A stretch of DNA of 63,966 nt, filler included, from Octopus bimaculoides (taxonomy: Eukaryota): the NCBI RefSeq assembly GCF_001194135.2. It is 5 parts of 5 records of this genome, joined end to end, with 100 filler letters (N's around TTAATTAATTAA, not from the genome) between each part and the next. Parts side by side here need not be neighbours in the genome. Positions count along the whole stretch, not along the records: positions 1 to 24,506 come from NC_069002.1; 4 more parts are not named here. One strand, 5' to 3'. The notes below the pieces were generated by a model. That model saw only the letters and a list, made by a program, of their open reading frames with translations, was not told where the DNA came from and did no database searches. The first letter of the stretch is position 1. Each line of letters opens with the position of its first letter. Position numbers and translations under genes: made by a program. Shown here one piece after another: positions 1-13,997 of the stretch.

Positions 1-25
1 ATATATATATATATATATATACATG

Positions 26-1261
26 CAGGGGTTGGACAAAATAATGGAAAAACCTTAAAATTTCAAACAAATTAATTTTAATATGGGGTAGGATTCCCTT
101 CGGCAGTAATTACAGCCTTAATTCTACGAGCTATGGACTCGTGCAAAGTTTGAATTGTTTCCAAAGGACTTTTTGTCCATTTTTCAGCTAAAACAGTCGC
201 CAGTTCTTGTAGTGATGATTGTGGAGGATATCAACTCCTTACTTGTTTTTCTAAAATGCACCATAAATGTTCAGTAATATTGAGACCTGGAGACTGTGGT
301 GGCCAGATAAGATGTTCGACTTCACCAGAATGTTCCTCGTGTCATTCAGTAAGAACTTTAGCTGTTTGAATTGGTGCATTATCATCTTGAAAGATTGCGT
401 TTCCCTCTGGAAACAGTCCCGCAACAAAAAGATGAATTTAATCAGATAAAATGCTTAAATAGTCTTGACTATTAATTCTGCTATGAAGGGAAACCATTAG
501 GCCGGTGGATTTCAAAGTTATAACACCTCAGATCATCACAGATCCTCCTCTATGCTTAATAATTGGAAGAAGGCAGTCTGGGTCAAATGCTTCTTTTGGC
601 TGTCTCCACACGTATACTCGGCCGGTGGTCGGAAATAAGGTAAATGATGACTCGTCCGAGCAAATAACATTCTTTCACTGCTCTAGAGACCAAGTCTGTA
701 GGTTTTTACTCCACTATAAAGGCTTTGCAACTTTTGTTTTTGAAAGTAATGATTTTCTGATTGCAGCCCTCTCGTGAAATCCGGCTTTGTGCAGCTCTCG
801 GCAAACAGTTTTTGAGGAAACTGGTTTCTCGAGGTGGTCATTAAACTCTGCAGTAATTTTGGGAGCTGTACTTTTGTGATTCTTTCAAACGATTCTCATC
901 AGATTCCGACGGTCCCTATCTGAAAGTTTTGGTTTTCTTCCGGTATTTTGTTTCGACAAGGAGGTTTTTCCCTCTTTCTCAAAGGTTGTCATTACTTTAG
1001 AGACAGTACTTCTTGATACACCAAACATTTCGGCTGTTTTCGTTATGCTAACGCCTGCCATACGAGCACCAACAATTTCACCTGTTTGAAAGTCCGATAG
1101 ATCTGTCATTTTAGTTAATATTTACCTTTTTCTGATGATATCTGAAAAGAAGCAGCAATTTTAGCAAAACATTTTAAGCAAAACTAATAATAATTCAAAA
1201 AGACATAAAAATAAACTCGCTTTTGACGGTTTTATAGATATTTCAAAATAATGATGCTATG
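26..1261 (-). mobile_element. Decayed Tc1-like DNA transposon, DD36E spacing; other end lost in gap
   Basis: TIR-like end CAGGGGTTGGACAAAATAATGGAAA at 26. Minus strand: N-terminal HTH MTDLSDFQTGEIVGARMAGVSITKTA (885-1109), then VICSDESSF, PIIKHRGGSVMI*G, FQDDNAP...WPPQSPGLNITEHLW, with several in-frame stops. Confidence 0.9.
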
Positions 1262-2025
1262 ANNNNNNNNNNNNNNNNNNNNNNNNNNNNNNNNNNNNNN
1301 NNNNNNNNNNNNNNNNNNNNNNNNNNNNNNNNNNNNNNNNNNNNNNNNNNNNNNNNNNNNNNNNNNNNNNNNNNNNNNNNNNNNNNNNNNNNNNNNNNNN
1401 NNNNNNNNNNNNNNNNNNNNNNNNNNNNNNNNNNNNNNNNNNNNNNNNNNNNNNNNNNNNNNNNNNNNNNNNNNNNNNNNNNNNNNNNNNNNNNNNNNNN
1501 NNNNNNNNNNNNNNNNNNNNNNNNNNNNNNNNNNNNNNNNNNNNNNNNNNNNNNNNNNNNNNNNNNNNNNNNNNNNNNNNNNNNNNNNNNNNNNNNNNNN
1601 NNNNNNNNNNNNNNNNNNNNNNNNNNNNNNNNNNNNNNNNNNNNNNNNNNNNNNNNNNNNNNNNNNNNNNNNNNNNNNNNNNNNNNNNNNNNNNNNNNNN
1701 NNNNNNNNNNNNNNNNNNNNNNNNNNNNNNNNNNNNNNNNNNNNNNNNNNNNNNNNNNNNNNNNNNNNNNNNNNNNNNNNNNNNNNNNNNNNNNNNNNNN
1801 NNNNNNNNNNNNNNNNNNNNNNNNNNNNNNNNNNNNNNNNNNNNNNNNNNNNNNNNNNNNNNNNNNNNNNNNNNNNNNNNNNNNNNNNNNNNNNNNNNNN
1901 NNNNNNNNNNNNNNNNNNNNNNNNNNNNNNNNNNNNNNNNNNNNNNNNNNNNNNNNNNNNNNNNNNNNNNNNNNNNNNNNNNNNNNNNNNNNNNNNNNNN
2001 NNNNTATATATATATATATATATAT

Positions 2026-2139
2026 GGTGGCGCAATGGCCCAGTGTCTAGGGCAGCGGACACGCGGTCATAGGATCGCAGTTTCGATTCCCAGACCGGGC
2101 GTTGTGAGTGTTTATTGAGCGAAAACACCTAAAGCTCTA
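2026..2139 (+). mobile_element. tRNA-derived SINE head (family A), 3' part missing
   Basis: A-box-like TGGCCCAGTGTCTAGG and B-box-like GTTTCGATTCCC; matches the reverse complement of ~32190-32296. Confidence 0.85.
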
Positions 2140-3542
2140 CTATATATTATATATGTATATGATATATATGTATGTATATGGAGAGGGCCCAATATCTTTC
2201 AGAGAGACAGGAGGTAAATCTTTCTGATAACCCTGTGACAAACATCTCTGCCTTAGCAAGCCGTATATTATTACGCTGAAGTCTATAAGACACTAAATGT
2301 AGTTAAACGAGAACCTTTCCACAACCATTGCAACTTTTCTAAGATGTCAATATTCTCAATCGTCTATAGAACATTTACCTAAAATAGACTAATATATGAT
2401 TTATATCAAAGGTGTAGGGAAAAGAAAAGAAAATCACTTTGCTGTATAATTCAAGAGATTTATAGAAGCGTCTGCTGCCGAATTCAAGTCAACACTCGGA
2501 AGGATGGCTTGATAAGTGACGTATTCTCTTTTATGCTACCATAAAGTGTACCATTCTTTGATGGAAAAGCCGATAACAACACGCCATTTATCATAACATG
2601 CAAGCATCATATACATACATACATATATATATCTACATACACACACATATATATATGCATGTATATATATATATATATATNNNNNNNNNNNNNNNNNNNN
2701 NNNNNNNNNNNNNNNNNNNNNNNNNNNNNNNNNNNNNNNNNNNNNNNNNNNNNNNNNNNNNNNNNNNNNNNNNNNNNNNNNNNNNNNNNNNNNNNNNNNN
2801 NNNNNNNNNNNNNNNNNNNNNNNNNNNNNNNNNNNNNNNNNNNNNNNNNNNNNNNNNNNNNNNNNNNNNNNNNNNNNNNNNNNNNNNNNNNNNNNNNNNN
2901 NNNNNNNNNNNNNNNNNNNNNNNNNNNNNNNNNNNNNNNNNNNNNNNNNNNNNNNNNNNNNNNNNNNNNNNNNNNNNNNNNNNNNNNNNNNNNNNNNNNN
3001 NNNNNNNNNNNNNNNNNNNNNNNNNNNNNNNNNNNNNNNNNNNNNNNNNNNNNNNNNNNNNNNNNNNNNNNNNNNNNNNNNNNNNNNNNNNNNNNNNNNN
3101 NNNNNNNNNNNNNNNNNNNNNNNNNNNNNNNNNNNNNNNNNNNNNNNNNNNNNNNNNNNNNNNNNNNNNNNNNNNNNNNNNNNNNNNNNNNNNNNNNNNN
3201 NNNNNNNNNNNNNNNNNNNNNNNNNNNNNNNNNNNNNNNNNNNNNNNNNNNNNNNNNNNNNNNNNNNNNNNNNNNNNNNNNNNNNNNNNNNNNNNNNNNN
3301 NNNNNNNNNNNNNNNNNNNNNNNNNNNNNNNNNNNNNNNNNNNNNNNNNNNNNNNNNNNNNNNNNNNNNNNNNNNNNNNNNNNNNNNNNNNNNNNNNNNN
3401 NNNNNNNNNNNNNNNNNNNNNNNNNNNNNNNNNNNNNNNNNNNNNNNNNNNNNNNNNNNNNNNNNNNNNNNNNNNNNNNNNNNNNNNNNNNNNNNNNNNN
3501 NNNNNNNNNNNNNNNNNNNNNNNNNNNNNNNNNNNNNNNNNN

Positions 3543-3595
<53 letters not shown>

Positions 3596-4164
3596 ACATA
3601 CATATATATCTATGCATTTATTTATGTGTGTATGTGTTAGTATGTATATCCATGTACATACGTGGAGGCAAATCTCTTTCATGATGATATAATGTGCCAG
3701 TGGGAACAAGATGTCGTTGTTAAGCGTTGTATATTGTGCAATACGTAGAAAAGATAGGGCTGACGATAAAGATATGAGAAGTTACACTGATGTTGAGAGC
3801 ATAATTACTCATAATATGAAAACAGGAAAGGATAATACAGATAGAACGTTCCAGTCGAAGCTTCAGTAAACCGCAAACTTAACAGACCAGACATTGTAAT
3901 CAGAGCTGGGAAACGGCTGTGTAAAATTTCTTTGTGTGCGAATGTTTGTGTGTGCATGTGTGCGTGTGGGTGGGGTGAATATGTGTTTGTGTGATCCTAA
4001 CTGTGTATGCTCATCTAAAATAAAATAGACCCCATTTAAATCGTGTTTCCTCTTGACTACCAGGATCGTGACAATTGCTGCATAAAAGCAAAACACGGTT
4101 GAGGGACGAGAGAGTGTGACGGAATCTGGACAAACCATTCACTTCTATAAAAATAAACTTCGGC

Positions 4165-4451
4165 AGAGGGTTTGAGAGGCGAACATTATTCCAGTGACTA
4201 GGAAGTGAAAACTGTAGTGAAGACGTGGCTCACAGAACAGTCAACAGAATTTTACGGGGCAGGGATAAATGCTCTCATTCGAAGGAGCTCTCATTCGAAG
4301 GTGAAACATTGCTATTGAGAGAAACGGTGACTATATTGAGAAGTAGGGATGTGATCCACAAAGGACCAGCTTCATTTTCATGTATGATACTTGTTCATGT
4401 GTCGGTAATTATACCTGTCCTAAACAAAATGGCATTACTTTTTAACTCGTG
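4165..4451 (+). mobile_element. Mariner transposon 3' remnant with terminal repeat
   Basis: Translates GLRGEHYSSD*EVKTVVKTWLTEQSTEFYGAGINALIRR...NGDYIEK* (mariner C-terminus); 16-bp internal tandem duplication around GCTCTCATTCGAAGG; ends in TIR-like GGCATTACTTTTTAACTCGTGTA. Confidence 0.8.
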
Positions 4452-4469
4452 TAACAAACATACATACAT

Positions 4470-5893
4470 ACATATATATATATACACGCCCGCATATATA
4501 TGTATTTGTATGTATATACACACACACGTGCACACAAATTTATATACACGTAGTACATGACTATATATACACACATCCTTAATTCAGTTGCTTTTAATAT
4601 GCAGCATTTTTTATATTCATGCAATTTTGTATGTATGCATGTTATATTTTTCCACATGCACAAGCTGTTCATACATACATACACACATGCATACATCCAT
4701 ACATACATAAATACATACATACACANNNNNNNNNNNNNNNNNNNNNNNNNNNNNNNNNNNNNNNNNNNNNNNNNNNNNNNNNNNNNNNNNNNNNNNNNNN
4801 NNNNNNNNNNNNNNNNNNNNNNNNNNNNNNNNNNNNNNNNNNNNNNNNNNNNNNNNNNNNNNNNNNNNNNNNNNNNNNNNNNNNNNNNNNNNNNNNNNNN
4901 NNNNNNNNNNNNNNNNNNNNNNNNNNNNNNNNNNNNNNNNNNNNNNNNNNNNNNNNNNNNNNNNNNNNNNNNNNNNNNNNNNNNNNNNNNNNNNNNNNNN
5001 NNNNNNNNNNNNNNNNNNNNNNNNNNNNNNNNNNNNNNNNNNNNNNNNNNNNNNNNNNNNNNNNNNNNNNNNNNNNNNNNNNNNNNNNNNNNNNNNNNNN
5101 NNNNNNNNNNNNNNNNNNNNNNNNNNNNNNNNNNNNNNNNNNNNNNNNNNNNNNNNNNNNNNNNNNNNNNNNNNNNNNNNNNNNNNNNNNNNNNNNNNNN
5201 NNNNNNNNNNNNNNNNNNNNNNNNNNNNNNNNNNNNNNNNNNNNNNNNNNNNNNNNNNNNNNNNNNNNNNNNNNNNNNNNNNNNNNNNNNNNNNNNNNNN
5301 NNNNNNNNNNNNNNNNNNNNNNNNNNNNNNNNNNNNNNNNNNNNNNNNNNNNNNNNNNNNNNNNNNNNNNNNNNNNNNNNNNNNNNNNNNNNNNNNNNNN
5401 NNNNNNNNNNNNNNNNNNNNNNNNNNNNNNNNNNNNNNNNNNNNNNNNNNNNNNNNNNNNNNNNNNNNNNNNNNNNNNNNNNNNNNNNNNNNNNNNNNNN
5501 NNNNNNNNNNNNNNNNNNNNNNNNNNNNNNNNNNNNNNNNNNNNNNNNNNNNNNNNNNNNNNNNNNNNNNNNNNNNNNNNNNNNNNNNNNNNNNNNNNNN
5601 NNNNNNNNNNNNNNNNNNNNNNNNATATATATATATATATATATATATATACACGCCCGCATATATATGTATTTGTATGTATATACACACACACGTGCAC
5701 ACAAATTTATATACACGTAGTACATGACTATATATACACACATCCTTAATTCAGTTGCTTTTAATATGCAGCATTTTTTATATTCATGCAATTTTGTATG
5801 TATGCATGTTATATTTTTCCACATGCACAAGCTGTTCATACATACATACACACATGCATACATCCATACATACATAAATACATACATACACAT
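4470..5893. repeat. ~250-bp near-identical direct duplication on both sides of a gap (likely assembly overlap)
   Basis: ~4470-4725 and ~5640-5893 carry the same sequence (ACACGCCCGCATATA...GCTGTTCATACATAC) separated only by Ns. Confidence 0.8.
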
Positions 5894-5903
5894 ACACACA
5901 GCC

Positions 5904-7288
<1,385 letters not shown>

Positions 7289-8132
7289 AGTGCTGCGTAT
7301 GTATTTGCATGTGTGTGTTAGGCGGGTGTATGAATTTATGCATGTTTGTACAGCTCATGCATGCATGCAATCAGCCATGCCTTTTGTATGCATGCAAGCC
7401 GACCCTTGGATACAGAGAGGGTACCTAACTGGCCCGCGTCCTCAGTTATATTCTACCAACACTCGTTACACCACAACACGTGACATAACAATATATTCTC
7501 TGAATGAATTTTGCCCTTTTAACGTTAATCATATTTTTAAACTTCTTTGCTGTCGGTTAATATTCTGGTAGAGTGCTTCTTGGCTCTTATCACCAACTCT
7601 GCTGCTATTTTCTCCATTACTGTTCGTTTACTACTGCGGTTTCCCCGTAATCTTGTTCATCTTGATAGCATTATGAAATAATTATATTACACTGAAGCTA
7701 CTCATCTCGTCTTTTCACCTTGTAATTTTTGTTCATCATCATTTGCTTTACAACCATCAAAGCTAAATATCTGTCGCTTCTATCTTTAAGAGGCTTTGCT
7801 CAGAACCACTCGTTTCCGAAATCCATTTGAAGATTTGTCGACGTTTCCCAATTAAATTCTTTAATGAGTTTCTCTCATATTTTTTAAACACATAATTGAA
7901 CATCAGATATTAATTAATAATTTGCCGACGGTGAAATATATGAATCGGTCGATTTTTGTAGGTGAATTTGCTAATATTTGAATTTTTGGGTGATAAACTG
8001 CCTATTCAAATAGCATAGGTTAAGAAAGGATGTTGTAGAAGATATTTGCCTAATGTACCGTTCTGTGGGATTGAACCTCAAACCATGCAGATCCAAGCTA
8101 ACTTCTACCACACATCTATGAATGCAACATTA

Positions 8133-9356
8133 TATCAGCCTGAGTAAAAAGTAAGCAAAGTTTTGAAACGTTAAATTCATCAGAATAAATTTCAACGATG
8201 CAGAAATGTTTACCATTTACAATCAACACATTTTTGCCAACGAGTTACAAGTTTGTTTATTCCAGTAACATAAAAGTCTGTATTTCTGGAGCTGATGAAC
8301 TCTTTAAATGCAATTTCAGCATTGGGTTGATTTTTGAACTTCTTCGCTCGCAGAAAACCATCAAGGTGCTTGAAAAAGTGGTAGTCGGTAGGAGGAATGT
8401 CTGGGGAATAAGCTGGGTGGGGAAAAACTTCATAGTCAAGTTCCCTCAACTTCTAAAGTGTCATTAGTGAAACGTGTGGTCGAGCATCGTCGTGAAGAAT
8501 GATTGGCCCTCTTCTGTTGACCAGTCTGGGACAGAGGAGTAGCGGTTTTTCGTTCATTTTGGCACTTTCACGCAATATGTTTCTGCAGTATTGGTTTTTC
8601 CGGGTTTAAGAAGTTACAGTGGATGGGTGTAGCAGTACAACACCAAAGAGTCACCATAACCTTCTATTTGAAGAGCTTGGGTTTAGAGAAGGTTTTCGGT
8701 CCAACTACTGCGAGAAAAGCTTTTATATTATTGTACGGAATCCACTTTTAATAGCTCGAGAAATGGATCGGTCTGGTTACGGAGAAAAAAAAACAAGAAA
8801 ACTTCATAACTGTGCGTTTTCTGATTTTCGTTCAAATCGTGTGGCACCCATTTGTCGAACTTTTTGATTTTCCAATCGCATGCAAATTGTTGCAGGCAGT
8901 TTTCTGGATAGCTTGAAGTTATTTTGCCAGTTCTCTAGTAGTTTTATGTGTATCTTTCTCAATGACGATCTTTAATTGACCGTCATCGATGACAGATGGG
9001 CCTCTACTACTCTCACGATCTTCTAGGCTCAGGTCTCCATTGCGAAATCGTTTAAACCATTTTGGAGCCGATCACTCAACGGTAATTTCCTCACCAAACG
9101 TTTTGTTGATATCGCGAGCAGTTTCAGCTGCTTTACGTCCTTTTTTGAAGATGAATAGCAAAATTGATCGAATATCGCGTTTTGAAAGTTCAATTTCAGT
9201 TGATTGTAACATTGTTAAGTTATTGCTGCATTTGGACAAGTCTATGTCTGTATTATCAGACAATTACAAAAAAGTGTTTTAAAAAATTCAAAACTCTGCA
9301 AAAATCCAGTACAAATTCTTTATGGTTCAAAACGTTGCTTACTTTTTACTCAACCT
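8133..9356 (-). mobile_element. Near full-length decayed mariner (DD34D)
   Basis: TIRs (C)AGCCTGAGTAAAAAGTAAGCAAAGTTTTGAA at ~8136 and its inverse at 9326-9356. HTH IRSILLFIFKKGRKAAETARDINKTFG; catalytic LHDDARPH-...-YSPDIPPTDY with 34 residues between the Asp residues; frameshifts and stops. Confidence 0.95.
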
Positions 9357-9424
9357 CCCTGGAGCGCAGGCGGGAGAGATATGTAATAATATACATATGG
9401 AAAATACTGGAAGGACTGGTACCA
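9355..9424 (+). mobile_element. CR1/L2-group LINE fragment (RT C-terminus), runs into gap
   Basis: SLERRRERYVIIYIWKILEGLVP; nearly identical to 16438-16491. Confidence 0.8.
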
Positions 9425-9940
9425 NNNNNNNNNNNNNNNNNNNNNNNNNNNNNNNNNNNNNNNNNNNNNNNNNNNNNNNNNNNNNNNNNNNNNNNNNNNN
9501 NNNNNNNNNNNNNNNNNNNNNNNNNNNNNNNNNNNNNNNNNNNNNNNNNNNNNNNNNNNNNNNNNNNNNNNNNNNNNNNNNNNNNNNNNNNNNNNNNNNN
9601 NNNNNNNNNNNNNNNNNNNNNNNNNNNNNNNNNNNNNNNNNNNNNNNNNNNNNNNNNNNNNNNNNNNNNNNNNNNNNNNNNNNNNNNNNNNNNNNNNNNN
9701 NNNNNNNNNNNNNNNNNNNNNNNNNNNNNNNNNNNNNNNNNNNNNNNNNNNNNNNNNNNNNNNNNNNNNNNNNNNNNNNNNNNNNNNNNNNNNNNNNNNN
9801 NNNNNNNNNNNNNNNNNNNNNNNNNNNNNNNNNNNNNNNNNNNNNNNNNNNNNNNNNNNNNNNNNNNNNNNNNNNNNNNNNNNNNNTGGCTGAAACCCAT
9901 AAATAAATAAATAAATAAATATATATATATATATATATAT

Positions 9941-10093
9941 GGTGGTTGTCTACTCCTTATGCTGAGTTTGACCACCTCCTGTACCTACACCTGAGCACCA
10001 TCATGTCATCTGATGTGGCCTTTTTAAACCGGACAATGTTCTGAAAAGACACCCACATAGATTGCATCTCAGATTTGGACCACCAAGAGCTGG
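9941..10093 (-). mobile_element. 5'-truncated retroelement 3' end with C2H2-finger remnant (RTE-like)
   Basis: Minus strand reads LRCNLCG...GHIR*H (frameshifted), then a short tail ending GGAGTAGACAACCACC abutting a (TA)n tract; homologous to 28705-28915. Confidence 0.65.
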
Positions 10094-10397
10094 TTTAAGA
10101 CGTAGTATTTTGAAGAGTTATTTCTTCAAGGAATATATTATGCAAAATATTGTAAAATATCAAATATTATTATCGAGTTAGAAAACAGAGAGATCACCTA
10201 CAATTGTTTAATTTCATAAACAAAATTAAAATTACAAAACATATTTAAATATATAATTTTGCATTTTAAATACCTTGTATGGAAAACCATCAGGGTGTAC
10301 AATATAATCCTTGTATTGTCCTTTATACATATTTATATATATATATACATGTGTGTGTATGTGTGCGCCTGTGTTTGTGTGTGTGCGTGTGTGTGTA

Positions 10398-10565
10398 TAT
10401 AGTGAGAATTTACAAAATAACAAAAGACTAAGACGGGTGTGTAAACAACAAACAGATGTATTAATTTAACGCTCGGGAAGTGAGAATGTCTTTTGCGTAT
10501 CGAACCTACGCTCTTCCACAGAAAGGAACACAGAAATGAAGAGGGAGAGAAAATAATAAAAGGTT
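10398..10565 (-). mobile_element. Penelope-like terminal-repeat (pLTR-like) fragment with degenerate hammerhead motif
   Basis: Minus strand CTTT-CTGTGGA-A-GAGC-GTAG-GTTC-GATAC-GCA-AAAG, then TTCCCGAGCGT and a T-rich tail, a layout shared with 57836-57990. Confidence 0.5.
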
Positions 10566-10566
10566 T

Positions 10567-10653
<87 letters not shown>

Positions 10654-10683
10654 CCTATATATATATATGTGTGTGTGTGTGTG

Positions 10684-11922
10684 CAGGGTATTGTAGATAA
10701 ATTAAGACCAATTTAAATCAGTTGACTTTGTGAGTTTATTATTTCATCTTTTGACAAAACCTTGTTTGCTTGAAAATCTAAACCTCCCCTTTGTTTTTCA
10801 CGTAAATAGAACTGATTCGACAACAGAAAGTCATGGAACAACAGAATCGTTCCGCCATTGTTGCTTTGGCGTGCGCTGGGCACACTGCCAATAAAATTGT
10901 TTAGTTGACAAAACTTCCAAAAGCAACGGTTTATCGTGTTTATAAACAATTTAAAGACGAGGGAAAGACCTATAGTAAAGAACACATGAGTTGAATTGAT
11001 TCCACGCGCGCTATCCCAAGTTTCTCGCTGGCCTCAAACGCTCGACTGAAGCCAACCCATTCACATCTATGATAGCACTTGCAAAGAAACGCAATGTGTC
11101 CCTTTGCACCATATCCAGAACTGTGAACAGAAGCCTTGGCATGTCTAACTGTGTTTGACGATGCCGTGACCTCCTTACCGCCAAGGTCAAAGCAATCAGA
11201 GCCGAGAGATGTGAAAGCTTCTGTCATTCATCAAGCATAAAGGTGCAGGAAAAACTTTCGTGTTTGTGGACGAGATGTTCGCTGTGGACGCTGAGGTGAA
11301 TCGCAGAAATTCTTGAGTGAGGTCTCCACAGGATTCTGTGATGGTATTTAGATTGTGTAATGCTATTTGGAGCCGTGGTGTATGATAGAAGTGTCATGGA
11401 TCCACACTTCATTGAGTCTGGCTTGAAGATCTGCACAAAGGAGTATCTGGACATCCTGAAGCAGAAGCTTGGGCCTGAAAATGTGATGCTCATCCAGGAT
11501 TCTGTAACATGCCATGGGTCAAAAGCAACACAAGCCTTCCTTGATGAGAAGGTGCCATTTTTTTGTGAGCGCCAGCATCTAGCCCAGTAATAACCAAGAT
11601 CTCAACCTTCTCGATTACTTTTATGGGGCGCACTTCAAGCAAGGACCAATGCTTTACCACACTTGAGTGTCAAAAGTCTGAAGACCTGCATAGTGCATGC
11701 GACACGCAAAATCAAAAAGGCGGAGAGGGAGGCTGCTGCAAGAAATTCCGTTCTCATGTGGAGAAAGTAATTACTCAAAAGAGCGGCCATATTGAGTGAT
11801 TAATGTTTTTGTTGTAAGAAATGTTACATTAAAATTATATCTGTTGTCTACTACCATCATTTTAGTATTTTAACCAGTTTTATGCATCATAGAAACTGTC
11901 TCAATTTCTCTGCACGACCCTG
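10684..11922 (+). mobile_element. Full-length decayed maT-type (DD37D) transposon
   Basis: TIRs CAGGGTATTGTAGATAAATTAAGAC and GTCTCAATTTCTCTGCACGACCCTG followed by TA. HTH MEQQNRSAIVALACAGHTANKIV*LTKLPKATVYRVYK; QDSVTCH...*PSNNQDLNLLDYF gives 37 residues between the Asp residues after correcting one extra T in a T-run. Confidence 0.92.
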
Positions 11923-11929
11923 TACATAC

Positions 11930-11965
<36 letters not shown>

Positions 11966-12491
11966 NNNNNNNNNNNNNNNNNNNNNNNNNNNNNNNNNNN
12001 NNNNNNNNNNNNNNNNNNNNNNNNNNNNNNNNNNNNNNNNNNNNNNNNNNNNNNNNNNNNNNNNNNNNNNNNNNNNNNNNNNNNNNNNNNNNNNNNNNNN
12101 NNNNNNNNNNNNNNNNNNNNNNNNNNNNNNNNNNNNNNNNNNNNNNNNNNNNNNNNNNNNNNNNNNNNNNNNNNNNNNNNNNNNNNNNNNNNNNNNNNNN
12201 NNNNNNNNNNNNNNNNNNNNNNNNNNNNNNNNNNNNNNNNNNNNNNNNNNNNNNNNNNNNNNNNNNNNNNNNNNNNNNNNNNNNNNNNNNNNNNNNNNNN
12301 NNNNNNNNNNNNNNNNNNNNNNNNNNNNNNNNNNNNNNNNNNNNNNNNNNNNNNNNNNNNNNNNNNNNNNNNNNNNNNNNNNNNNNNNNNNNNNNNNNNN
12401 NNNNNNNNNNNNNNNNNNNNNNNNNNNNNNNNNNNNNNNNNNNNNNNNNNNNNNNNNNNNNNNNNNNNNNNNNNNNNNNNNNNNNNNNNNN

Positions 12492-12541
<50 letters not shown>

Positions 12542-12591
12542 GTATGTATACATATACATAGATATGTATATGTTTATACTTATATATATAC

Positions 12592-12624
<33 letters not shown>

Positions 12625-12901
12625 CATGCATACACACACACACACACACACACTCACGCACGCACACTTACACACACAGATATACAAACACACACACGCA
12701 GAGACGAGATTAGGATGACGAAGGAACTGAATCATGAGCTTCATTACCTAACCCCAAGTTAAATAATCTCATACCATAATTTCTTATTCTTTTTTCATTT
12801 TAATTTCTCATTACTTCTCTTTATTCGCCTGATGCTTCGTTCTGGAGCACATATCATTGAGTTCTAGCACCAGGTTATTAGTATCGTTATGCCTAAGCGA
12901 G

Positions 12902-12963
<62 letters not shown>

Positions 12964-12964
<1 letters not shown>

Positions 12965-13386
12965 GTGCGACCTTGAGATAGAGAATAGGAAGCCAGACAT
13001 AGTCTTAATTGAGAAAGAAAACAAACTATGCTGGATCATAGATATAGCATGCCCAGCTGACAACAAGGTATGCGATAAGGGAGAAAGAAAAGTCGAGAGA
13101 TAAGACAGGTTAGCTTGGGAAGGTAAGCAGTTGCGGTCAATCAAAAAGGTAGCAGTAGTACCAATAACTGTCGGAGCCCTGGGCACTGTGAGCAAAAATC
13201 TCGAGAAGTACGTGGAACAAATAGGGCCTGCAATAAGGGTGGAGCACTTGCAGAAAACAGTACTGCTTAGAACCACTCAAATACTCTGGAAAGTGCTTGA
13301 AAAATAAGAGGTATTACTTTAGTTCACTGGTAGTGAACAGCTGACACAATAGCACATCTCCAGCGTTAGAAGCTGTGCAAAGGCAA
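12964..13386 (+). mobile_element. 5'-truncated R4/Dong-type non-LTR retrotransposon (restriction-like endonuclease domain plus 3' UTR)
   Basis: CDLEIENRKPDIVLIEKENKLCWIIDIACPADNKV...VVPITVGALGTVSKNLEKYVEQIG...LQKTVLLRTTQILWKVLEK* (12966-13307), flanked by (TAA)n at 12902-12963 and ~13387-13451. Confidence 0.9.
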
Positions 13387-13388
13387 TG

Positions 13389-13480
<92 letters not shown>

Positions 13481-13997
13481 AAGAAGAAGAAGAAGAAGAA
13501 GAAGNNNNNNNNNNNNNNNNNNNNNNNNNNNNNNNNNNNNNNNNNNNNNNNNNNNNNNNNNNNNNNNNNNNNNNNNNNNNNNNNNNNNNNNNNNNNNNNN
13601 NNNNNNNNNNNNNNNNNNNNNNNNNNNNNNNNNNNNNNNNNNNNNNNNNNNNNNNNNNNNNNNNNNNNNNNNNNNNNNNNNNNNNNNNNNNNNNNNNNNN
13701 NNNNNNNNNNNNNNNNNNNNNNNNNNNNNNNNNNNNNNNNNNNNNNNNNNNNNNNNNNNNNNNNNNNNNNNNNNNNNNNNNNNNNNNNNNNNNNNNNNNN
13801 NNNNNNNNNNNNNNNNNNNNNNNNNNNNNNNNNNNNNNNNNNNNNNNNNNNNNNNNNNNNNNNNNNNNNNNNNNNNNNNNNNNNNNNNNNNNNNNNNNNN
13901 NNNNNNNNNNNNNNNNNNNNNNNNNNNNNNNNNNNNNNNNNNNNNNNNNNNNNNNNNNNNNNNNNNNNNNNNNNNNNNNNNNNNNNNNNNNNNNNNN

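Noticed and set aside
2026-2100. tRNA-like A/B boxes here and at other SINE heads
   Set aside because: They continue into SINE bodies and give no complete cloverleaf; not tRNA genes.
4470-5893. 250-bp direct repeat as a possible LTR pair or tandem duplication
   Set aside because: Near-identical copies directly flank a gap between microsatellites, typical of unmerged contig overlap; no TG..CA ends or PBS.
7560-7920. Minus-strand snippets (NAIKMNKITGK, IAAELVI) resembling an RTE linker
   Set aside because: Too degenerate to call without a profile search.
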